Source of the DNA: Raillietiella orientalis
Lineage: Eukaryota
Length of the DNA: 64,000 bases
Direction: 5' to 3'
NCBI GenBank assembly: GCA_036172245.1
Contig: JAYWIR010000014.1
Location: forward strand, 1,550,001 to 1,614,000
The notes below the pieces were generated by a model. It saw nothing but the letters and a program-made list of their open reading frames with translations. It had not been told where the DNA came from and ran no database searches. This document shows positions 24,601 to 34,500 of the stretch, piece after piece; the first letter of the stretch is position 1; every line of letters starts with the position of its first letter. Both the position numbers and the translations under genes were made by a program.

Positions 24601-27600
24601 AAGAATGATCGGGTCACCGATACCTGCATGAGTTCTCTCCGAGACCGATAGGTAGCGCGCAAAGCGGTGCCCTCCAGCGTTTTCCGAAGGCGTAACATTG
24701 GAAGTGACGCGCAAGAAAGAGATCCACACTGATGGAAGATGTGGGAACCGTTTCGTCCTTCCTCTGTCTCCCTCCTAAAAAAAAAAAAAGAAAGAAAAAA
24801 AAAAAAAACTCGGAAGTCTCTCGCTCGAGGCTGAAGCATTCATCGACATTCTCACTGTGGTCACCTCGCGCAGATCCGACCCTTCTAACGAGCTGCAAGG
24901 GGAAAAAGGAAAGGTCAGAACCGTCAGCCAGGACCCGCGCAACTTTTCTTTCGCCTCCTCCCCCTTCCCCTCCCTCAGTCTGTTCGTCCGGTGGCGCAAA
25001 TCCACCGGAATGCGTTCATCGGCTCGGGTCTGGCTGCAAAAGTGGGGAATGGAGGGTGAGGAAGGGCTTAGCCGAGCCGGACTCAGTGCGTTCCATCTGC
25101 CCCTTTTTCTCCAGGGACGGCACCTATGGAGTGTCACTGCTGAACGGCTGGGAGAACACCATCCAGGAGGGATTGACTCTGGAGTATCTGAAACCGACCC
25201 TCAACGGAAGCCACTGGTGGTCGGAAGCCCACGTGCCCATCCAGTTCTTCCCTCCCAACGTCACCCGTTTCAACGTGTACGTCCATCATGGGCACGGACG
25301 CGCCAAATACATGGCGCTTTTCCCTGTGACCGGGATAGGAAAAACGGGCTTGACGCCTAACATGTGAGTAGATCAAGCTCCTGCGAAACGAGCAGACGGT
25401 GCACCTGCATCGCCAAGTGGCCCCGCGCGGAACCTTGGAAAGACCTCCTCGGCGTCAGAGGTCAAGCGGCAGCGAACCTCGGATCCGGCGGGAGTTGCCA
25501 CCCGGTCACACCGGGGCATGGGTCCGGCGGGAGCGAGGGCGGAGAGAGACCCGCGCAGTCGTGTTCTACCCCTAGGAGAAACCAGGAGACCGCGTCTCGA
25601 ATCGAAACCCGTGCTCCTCATGAAGCGGTAGTCTCTCCCGAAATTTCGGACCTCCTGCCTCACCGCAGAGCCAAATGCAGGGGACCTCGACAGCAAGGGA
25701 ACAGCAGATTTCTTGCGCTTTACCCGCTGCCCGATCTGGTTTGGTTTGCCGTCGGCCGTGCCTACTCAGAGGATCGCAAGCTGCTTCCCCTCTGGCGACC
25801 GTTGGCACCTTCCCTACTGTGAATCACGAGTGGGACCGTCATCATCGTTGGCAGAGCAGTTGGCACTTGGAGTAAGCTCCGTTCCCCAGTGCCGTCCGGG
25901 TAACCAAGGAATCTGCCTCCTACCTTCATCCGGGAGAAAAGAGGATGACATTGGTTAGCATGAACCTTGTCTTCTGCCCGGCAGCCTTGTCTCCCACTAC
26001 CAGCGTCTCCCATTGTTGGTTCGAAAGCAGCAAGGTCGAGAAGGTTTCCTTTCGGTTTCCGGATGCCGGGGATGACCCATCTTTTTTGTGGGGATAATGC
26101 CTCTTTTTTTTTTTTCCCCCGCGGATCGCTTAGCAGGTTTGCGTGGTCCATCCAGCTGCCTCATCCTTGACGCGCAGTATCCTTCAAACGATGGCGGCGT
26201 GTATCAGATGATAGCACGGCGAGATAACACGGCGAGATAGCACGGCGAGATTCGAAATGGGCGATTGCACAACGATTTCAAAGAAAAAAGAAAAAAAAAT
26301 TGAGCTTGCGCGTCTTGGACCAGCTCCAAGGATGCGGTCAAATCCCATTGGCTGGCGCCGAAACCACACTTCTGCTTGACAGTGGAGGTGTCCGAATGAA
26401 GCGCCCGCTGCTCGTCTCCAATGAGTTATAGACGCGGCAGAATCCTGAAGCGGGAAGCTGAGGAGAAGAGAGGGGTGAAAAAGAGGGCAAGGACTGCCGC
26501 AACTGCGCAAGTAGGATCGAGGCAGGTGGTCGCTTCCGACCCACCCGAGGGACTGGATCCCTGTCCAAGAGCTTTCTGCCTAAGCGCTCGCGCGTGGCTA
26601 CAGAATCCGAGGGACGCTGAAGAAGGAACAAGGAAGCTGCGTGACGCAACATCCGCCTCGAGGAAGCTGGCAGTTTCCAGCGCCGGAGACCGGTTGAACT
26701 CGGCACCAGCCGCAGACGGCTCTCCCACTGCCGAAGTGGCTCTAGGAGGTCGCTCCACGCGCAGGGATCAAGGCGCTTCAAGGAGCCGTTTGGCTATCTC
26801 CACCAAAAATCCGCAACCTCCTAGGCTTCAGCAGCGATCTGCAAAAAAATCACCAGTGGAGGAGCCTCCTTCGCAGGGTGACCTTCGGGATCCTGGGGCA
26901 GGATTAGCTGGTCGCCTCTCTGGGAGGGAAAACAAGGTGGGGAGGGAAAAGAGGGCTTCTGCATGGCACAGCTCATCGCGCCGCAATCGTCAAGTGAACG
27001 GACAGGACGAGTAGGCGCGCCGCGCGATAAATCTCGGCGCGAAATGCCGTTTACCCCCGCTCGCGGAGCCTTCGCCCGCCCTTGCATCGCCCATTCCACC
27101 CATCGAGCGAGTTTTCCGTGAGGTCGCGCTCGCCCACCTGGGGAGTCCATCCGCACGGAAGAACGGACGCGCTCGGCCCCGCCCACGCGTCTCGGCCGCT
27201 TGCTACGCATGAGGAACGCGACCGGCACGAGTCGGCCGCCGAGCCGGCATGGGAGCTTCCCACCGCGCCTCCTCCCTCCTTCCTTCCCGCGGCAGCTTCC
27301 AGCGCGGTGGTGAGGAGGCACGATGCTCTTCCTGAGACCGGGCGCGAAGGGAGGAACGCGCATCCCCGTTCCTTCCTTCCGAGTGAGCCTCTTCCTTCTC
27401 CTGGAGCGACAACGTACGGGCAGGAGCCGCTGCCTGTTTTCTTTTCCCTCTCTGCCTCTCCGGTCACCCGACCCAGGGCTGAGCTTGCGCCGCGCGCGCG
27501 CTCTCGCGTCCGAAGCGAGCGCAGCCACTGATACGGAACATCCTCCGACTCGGCGGGTACCATCCCTTCGGTCCTCCAGCCGGAGGGTAGCATAACTCTC

Positions 27601-30600
27601 GTGCCAACCAACGAGGTCCGGGTCGCGTGTGCTCGGCAGAGGTCGAACCGGCGGCAACTTCAGTAGCGAGTGGAATTCCCGACCCCTGGACTGGAAACGA
27701 CCAGAACATCGGTTCCTGCGAAGGATACGGATCCGCACTTTCCCTGAGAGAGGTAGGAGGATTGCGAGTGGAACTGAGGAGAGTACGAGACGAGTTCGCG
27801 AACGGGATGGAATCTTCGAGGCAGCTGGCCCGCAGTCTTCTCCCTCGCTGAAGGTCCTCTCTCCCTCTACTCTCCTTGAAAGCCCGACGAGCCGGTCCTC
27901 AGCCCCCGGGCTGGCAGTTCTCCCTGGTCACCTCTCGGATCTACTCCGAGATATACTCCGAGGAAGACGGGTGGGAAGGGGTCGAGTCTGCAGCTTTTCC
28001 TGCCTCGCCCGGCGGCGAACCCGCGCTCCTTTCCGATGGAGCCTGCAAGGGTTCGAAGACCTCTCGACGTCTCGTCGGACCCGAGATGCTTGGATGAGCC
28101 CGTCGCCGGGGAGTGTTCGGGTGGTCCTGACTCACCCAGACGGCGGCTCGGAAGGTGTCCTGAGGTGAAAGGCCGAATTCCAGAAGTGCTTTGGCCCCAC
28201 GGTCAGGTTCCCTTACGGTACATGGGAGACGTCCTTCACTCCGCTCTCGTGACCCGACGGACTCCGGGGCTTTCGCTAGCGGAAGCGAGAAACATCGCTG
28301 TGCTTCCAGATCGGGGAAAAACAGCTTTTTATCTTGGACCCCATAGGGAGAAGGCACGATGACCAGGAAACTGCTTCCTTTCCTTCTCTCTTCTTTCCTC
28401 CCCATACCTTTCCATTGGTCGGCGCTCCCTTTGGGTGCCAGGCACACACGCCAACGCCTCCTCCGCTGTCGGCCGAGGCGCCGTGAGACTGAGGGAAGCG
28501 ATGCCGCGGGATTTCCCAGAGCTACCTGGTGCCTTTCGTGATACCGTCTCCTCCTTGGCGCCAGCGTGTCTGCCGCCACATATGGCTGACGACGGCCGTC
28601 GCGGCAGCAGCACCGAACCACGCCGAGTCCATCAGAGGATGCAGGAGATACGCAACCTGCTGCTTCTAGTTCTTCCGCCGGAGAACGCGACCTGCTCTTC
28701 TCAGCATCCCCCGTTGATCTTCACTTCCGGATTCTCCATCTCCGCACTCTCGTTCTTCCGGATGACCTCTTCCTCCGAGAATCCAGCATCTCGCGTCCCG
28801 ACAGGAGCGAAGTTTCAGTCTAGTAAGAGGACCACGCGAAAGGGGAGCGAGGAGACCCTCGTTTAGCCTCAGCGCCACCCCTTCTTCGAAGATTGGATTC
28901 CCTGCTTCACATATCTTCGTCCTGGAACCGGAAGAAGCGGTACTCACCTGCTGCCGATGGTCCCCTGGATGTATGAATGAGTCAGCAAACCTGATTCGAG
29001 TCCCAGGCGATGATCATCGAATTCGACGTGATGCTGGAGGTGGACAAGGAACGGAACCGCCATGCAGCCACCGTTCACAAGCTGGAACGGATCGGAAGGA
29101 TGTGGTGGTTCGCTTTTGTCTCTGTACAAGCATCCTCCAGGAGTATCCGATGGCAATGGCTAAAGAGACGGCAGGTCCCAATCCCCTTGTCGCTGCCGAC
29201 GTTGTGAGAGGACAGCCTGAGATCATGGTCTAGAAAGGGAGAGGCTAGAGGTGCTTTAGCGAAACTCGTGGTCGTCATCACGAAAAGTCCCAGTAGCTCA
29301 GGCGGGGACACCGCACAGCCGGTGCCTGGGTCGCCGGACCCAATTGAAACCCCTTCATTGACAGCGCGCGTTGCTGAACGCTACCGCCATCTCGCGGCGA
29401 GCGGATTGGGCGATATGGGGGGGGGCGAGGAATCGCACCCCGAGACTCTTCTCGAGGGCTTGCTATATTTTCTTCCATCGTCATCAGCCGATGGAAGAAA
29501 TTCCCTCCGGACAGAGAGAACTGAGGAAGAAGGGTCGGCCGTTTCAGAGGAAGTCCAGGGTTCCTCCCACTAGAGGACACTCTTCTGCACTTTCCGAATC
29601 CTTCAGGTACAGGAGGAGACGACCCGCGTTGCTCGTTTTTTTTCCTCCTCACGCTTCCCTGTCCGCTCCTTTCTCATCCAGCTCTACCCTCCCTTGTCCT
29701 CTGCGGCCTCCGCTGTCGCGCGTACACATCCTCTCCTTGAACTGATGAACTCAGGAACGGTGGTCTCAGCGCAGTGCAGCAAAATCGGTCCGGAGATGAT
29801 CCCTGCGAGACATCTCGAGAAGCTGCGCAGCTCACGGGCCGCCACATCAGACATGCCACCCACTAGGCGCGGTACGTCCCGAACTCGTGTCGAAACCACG
29901 GAGGAACTCCAACGCCGTCGTTGGTGTCGCGTCGGTCGGCGCCACCGTCGGCACGGCACTCGTGTGGGCACCAGCAACTCTGAAAGGAAATCTCTGAGAG
30001 ACTTCCCGGTCGTCAGGAGAGGTCCGCCGGGAGAGCTGAGTGTTGGCGCAGCATGGAGGCAGCAGGAGAAAGGCAGGGAAGGGGTGAAGGAAGAGAGACC
30101 ACCAGTCCCGGATAGAGGGAACCAGCAAGAGAAAGAAGGGCTGCTTGCTGGTGGTGGGCCTGCGAGGGTGCGCCGTTCCACGGTTGGGGGGAAGGTGCGG
30201 GGAAGAGTGGAAGCTGTTCGGATGGAAACGAAAACTTTGGGGCAAGGCCGCTGCTGCTCCCATTCCTTGGCAGTCTCGGCGTCTACCTGGCGAGGGAAGA
30301 AGAAGCCCTGGTCGTTCGTCGCATTCGGGCTTTGGGCTCCGCTGCGCACTCCTCCTCCTCCTCCCAACTCCCCTCCTCCTTCCTCTCCGTGCTCTGCTGC
30401 TCCCGCGGCGGAAGCACACCGGACGTCCTGTTCATTCCCCCTTCTGCTCCCCAGCCACTGTCTACAGTGCTTCGGCGCCGTGGACTTCGAGACACTCCTT
30501 CCCGGTAATTCGCGCGGCGAGGTGTCGTCGACCTGGAAGGGAGCTCTCAAAAAGTGAGCGGGCTGCCCGGCCGGGAGCGCTCCAGATTCCCCTCTTCAGG

Positions 30601-31518
30601 AGCATCTTCCGGTTCTCTCTCCTGCGAACCTGCGACGGGGAAAACATCGAGCACCCCCCCTACACGTTTGAGCTGGAGGGCAAAGGTCGGCATGTGCGCA
30701 TGACCGTCTCGGGCCCTTGGTTCCGCGGGCCCCAGAGCCCCTCGAGGAGGAGGAGGAGGAGGAGACTGGTGCTCGGGCCGTGCGGCTCCGAAGGTATGAT
30801 CCTATCCAGGAAGGGAACAGTGTCTCCCCCTTCCAGGCGCCCTCGGTGTGTTCGCGAACGACCAGGAGCAGAGCCTGCGCGTGGCAGTGTGTCCGTAAGT
30901 TCGCCTGGGGCTGGAGGGTCGCATCCTCGGAACATACCCTCCAACCAGGGACGGACTGGAATCCGTGGAGTTCCTTGTCGACGCCGAGGTTGCCGTGAAG
31001 AAGGTTGGGTCTCTCGAGGTAGCTGAGGAGAGCACGGACGCCACCTACCGCGCGAGCGTCGAGATACCCGTGTCCTTCTTCCCTCCGGGGGTATCGTCCT
31101 TTCAGGCACGTGTGATGCACTGGGAGGACGGTGTTCTGGAGATGGACTGCTTCGAACAGCCGGACCACTCGACGGAAAGGGCCAGGTATTCGACTTGGCG
31201 TCGCGAGACGTGGCCCGCAGGAGGCGGGAACGAGGACCGCAATCCCACCGCTCCCGTTTTCTGCGAGCCGGCGAGTTCGCTGATGCCGATCCTACACGCA
31301 GGGAGACGTCCGCTTGTCTTTTTAGAGGATGCGTCCAGTGCCGCGGCGGCATGAACCTGTCCTCCGTGATCAAGGAGAGCGAACACAGAGCGGCGCTCGT
31401 GTGGCAGCTGAGGAAGAGCACAGCACTGCCCGTGTTCCAGAAGACGCCGCTGGAAGCCTTCGTGGTGCAGTTCGCCGCGGGGCTCCTGCAAGCTGCTGCG
31501 CGGAGATGGGCGGCATGA
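12590..31518 (+). CDS. C4orf33: Tandem-domain UPF0462/C4orf33-like protein, 5'-partial; join(12590-12647,25115-25363,30455-30553,30600-30793,30837-30894,30949-31185,31326-31518), ~362 aa in window
   Basis: Seven GT-AG bounded exons join in frame with no stops. The translation aligns colinearly, twice, with human C4orf33 as I recall it (FKIEHTWDG..HEP; ISAPFF; VVEAFFLND..EQYLEVELCP; HGQHLVLLL; LPWSYFPPNVTKFN..IHG; YEALYPV; PDFHCLEYFKSFNFNTLL..SDLW). Confidence 0.82.
25115..25363 (+). CDS. C4orf33: UPF0462-like gene, domain 1 exon C (DGTYGVSLLNG...VPIQFFPPNVTRFNVYVHHG...YMALFPV...TPN)
   Basis: Acceptor tttttctccAG, donor GTGAGT, phase 2/2. FFPPNVTRFN and YMALFPV match family motifs. Codons mostly end in G/C. 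Confidence 0.88.
26210..26251. repeat. 13-bp tandem repeat x3 (GATA[G/A]CACGGCGA)
   Basis: Units start at 26210, 26223 and 26236. Confidence 0.88.
30455..30553 (+). CDS. C4orf33: UPF0462-like gene, domain 1 exon D (HCLQCFGAVDFETLLPGNSRGEVSSTWKGALK)
   Basis: Acceptor ctgctccccAG, donor GTGAGC, phase 2/2. Matches HCLEYFKSFNFNTLL..SDLW. Confidence 0.85.
30600..30793 (+). CDS. C4orf33: UPF0462-like gene, domain 2 exon A (SIFRFSLLRTCDGENIEHPPYTFEL...VRMTVSGPWFRGP...GSE)
   Basis: Acceptor ctcttcAG, donor GTATGA, phase 2/1. Matches FKIEHTWDG..HEP..ISAPFF. Confidence 0.85.
30745..30765 (+). repeat. (AGG)6AGA coding triplet repeat (Arg7)
   Basis: Read directly inside exon 30600-30793. Confidence 0.9.
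30837..30894 (+). CDS. C4orf33: UPF0462-like gene, domain 2 exon B (GALGVFANDQEQSLRVAVCP)
   Basis: Acceptor cccttccAG, donor GTAAGT, 58 bp, phase 1/2. FAND-QEQ-L-V-VCP matches FLND-TEQYLEVELCP. Confidence 0.85.
30949..31185 (+). CDS. C4orf33: UPF0462-like gene, domain 2 exon C (DGLESVEFLV...TYRASVEIPVSFFPPGVSSFQARVMH...)
   Basis: Acceptor ccaaccAG, donor GTATTC (weaker), phase 2/2. IPVSFFPPGVSSF matches LPWSYFPPNVTKF. Confidence 0.82.
31326..31518 (+). CDS. C4orf33: UPF0462-like gene, terminal exon (GCVQCRGGMNLSSVIKESEHRAALVWQLRK + hydrophobic tail, TGA)
   Basis: Acceptor cttgtctttttAG, phase 2. Parallels exon D1 (CxQC...N/D-hydrophobic...W). An in-frame alternative acceptor exists at 31219-31220. 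Confidence 0.72.
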
Positions 31519-34500
31519 CGCGCGGAGGCGAATGAAAGATGAGGAACCTCCCGGGTTTTTTTTTATTCCGCATCCACCCCTTACTCCCCTCATCGCCTTC
31601 TTCCTCCGGTGGCACGCGCGCGCGCGGTGCAGCTGATTGCGCCGTTCGGGAACCTTCGACGTCGTCCCGCAGAGCGGGGCTCGCCCTCGAGCAAAGGGAA
31701 GCTTCTCATCTCTCGTCCGCAGGCAAGGGGAACGGACGGAGTCTGCAGCATTCCTCTCCTCCAGGAGTTCTTTTCCTCTCTAGGGAAGTCATGGAGCTGT
31801 GGAGAGAGCACCAGGCAGGATCTCCCGCCCTCTTGGAGAGAGTGGGTCGCGGAGTCCAAGGAAACCGGATGGCAGCGTACCTTCTCTGGACGCGGGGTAG
31901 TCGGCCAGCCTTGGTGTGTGGGAAGGGAGAAAGGGACATAAAGGGGGGTCGGGAAAACGATCTCTGAAAAATGCGAAGCACAGACCCCGAAGAGCGGGAA
32001 CTCCGGAACGTAGTCGGGGATTCACTGGTGGGCGCCCACGCGGATCCCTCATGCAGGGACGCACCCTTCTTCACCCAGGAAGGAAAGGGCGAGCACGCCT
32101 CGCTCACCTACGCCTCATTTCTGGGTGGAAGAGAAGTGCAACGGTTGGGAAGATCCTGCGGGGGCAGAGCAGGCACGAGGTGGCGCGAGGGAAGTGAACG
32201 AGCTTCCGAAAGAACCTGTTGTTCCGGCTGCTACTGCCTACTCCCTGTTCCCCTGCAAGTCGAGGGAGTGCAGGACTTCCACTGGTCGGGAAGCACCAGG
32301 TCCGAGGTATCTCCAGGAGGCATCCCTGCTGGACGGATTAGGGTTGCGGGGAAAGTGCGAACACCCTCGGCAGCGGAGCGGGAGGCAAGGAGGAATCGCT
32401 TCCCGTGGCCTTGGGGCGTGTCCCTCGGAGCAGTAGCTATATCGGGCAAAAGTAGGGCTGAGAAGCGCGTCGCAGTGAGGGAGGGGGAGGGGAAGGGGGT
32501 GCTGCGCATTTCGAGAACCCACCTGCAAAGTTTGGATGCGACCTCGGCGTGACCTTGTGGAGTTCAAGGTCTTTCGCGTGGATGGGAGAGTGGAGAAGAG
32601 TCTATGGGAGGAAGGAAGAGGGCCTCTGCATCCCCCTGCCCTCTCGGAAGACACAGGATTCTTGGAACTCTTCCTCTGTGCTCCTTTCGTGCGCGCTCTG
32701 CCGGAGACCTCGGCGACGACCTTTCCTTCCGGTCCCGAGTTCCTCCGGGCTATATTTTTTTCGGATCTGTGAAAGGGTTCGGTCTCGGATCCTCCCGGTC
32801 CGCTTCCCCAATGTCTTCCCGCTACCCGCTCCTCGCTTCTGCCTCTCACGACGCGGTCGCCCTCCCAGGAAGTCCTCCAGAAGTTCTGCCGCCACAGGGA
32901 GATCCCCTTCCTCTGTAGGACGCCACTCAAACCCTCATCCCGAGGGATGCTGCATATCCTCGCCGCGCTCGGGCCGCTACTCCAGCGGACCGGAAAGCCG
33001 CCGGTTCCCTGCTGCTGCCTTTCTCTTCCCGCCCACTCCCTCCTCTTACCGACGGACCGTCTTCGCGCGGGCGTTGCTCCCTCTTCACCCCTCCCGCAAT
33101 CTCCATCTCGTTCCTCCCTCCCGCTTTTTCCTTCTCCCCTCTCCTGAGCCCCGCCATCCAACCCCGGCCGCCGCTCCTGCAGGTTCAGGAAGTAGCTGTG
33201 CGCGCCGCTTTCGAGTTCCCCCTTCGCTCCGCCCGTGTCTTCCGTGGGACGGAATCCCCTGCTCTTCCTCGGCTGCGCCTGTCAGAGCACGGAAGACTTC
33301 GAGAAAAACTCTTGTTGATCTTCATCCTTTTCCCGGAGGCAGAAGAAAGAGAGAGAGAAAAAAAAACTGCTGACTCCGGCAAAGCTTCGCACACTGTATG
33401 CTGTTCGCATCGCTCGCACGTGTTCCCCGCGGGCACGAAAGCGCTCCGCCGCGCGACGCGGACCTCGAGGCAGCCTCCCGGCCTCTCCGCTTCCGTCGAA
33501 AGTGCTTTGCGGGCCACCCCGAGACACGGAAAGCCGGGTTCTCATCGCCGTTTCCAGGGAAGACGCGCCGAGCTTCCGAGAGCACGCCGCCGTCACTCAG
33601 CAGGGGAAGCGGTGCGGGGTAAGAGGCTTCAGGGCGACTCTCCTGCCTCCTCGCGGCACCATTCGAAATGCGCGCGTGCCGCCCCCTCTCGAGGCCGGGA
33701 GAGCAGCAGACGATGACGCTCCGGGCCAAGGCAGCAGTCGCAGGGAGAGCAGCGGCGCGCGGGGGGGAGGACGCTCCTTCCTGAGGAGGGCGAATCCTGC
33801 GCGCCCCAAGTCGACGTCGCGGCCGCGAGACACCCGCGGGCAAGCGCTCTGCCCTGCGAACAAAGGCAGCCCCACCTACACCAAGTGGTGAGTCTGAAAG
33901 CACACCCCTGGAGGACTTGGGAGGAGGGCAGAAGTAAGGGACCGGGACATGCACGCGACTCCGTAGATTCGCGGGCTTGCCTCCCTCCCTTTTTCCCGGG
34001 CGCCGGCAGGGGGACTCTGAGAGAAGCGAAGGAACTGCGGAACGAAGCGAAACCGAGAGACCCCAAGGCCAACCTGCTGCTGCCCCGGGCGGAGGCTTCC
34101 CAGGATGCGCGACCTTCTGCCCTCGTGTCCGTCACCTGGGGTTCCTCCGCGCGCCCGTCCGACCTCCCCCAGAAGGTGGCAGTCGTGAGAGTTGGCAGTC
34201 CACCACCCTTCGGCGGGGGCAGGAAGTGTTCCCGCTGGGGAAGTTGCGCGCTTCCTTGTCGCCCATCTCCTCCTCCCTCTTCGGTTTCTTCCTTCCTGCT
34301 TCCTCCTGTCCTTCTCTTCCTTTTCCTCCACTTCCTCTTTCCCTTTCCCCTTCTGACAAGAATTTTCGCTCGGATGCGCCGCGAGGAAAGCACGAATTCC
34401 CCTCCGCTCGTCTTCCACGCCATGGGGAAAGAACGAGAGGTGAGCCCGTTCCTTGCAGCCCTGGATGATGCCAGGGAGGCTGGCTGGATCATCACCTTCG

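Noticed and set aside
24978..25075. AG..GTGAG-bounded segment just upstream of exon C1 as candidate exon B1
   Set aside because: No frame resembles the family B exon. The exon at 12590-12647 fits in length, phase and sequence.
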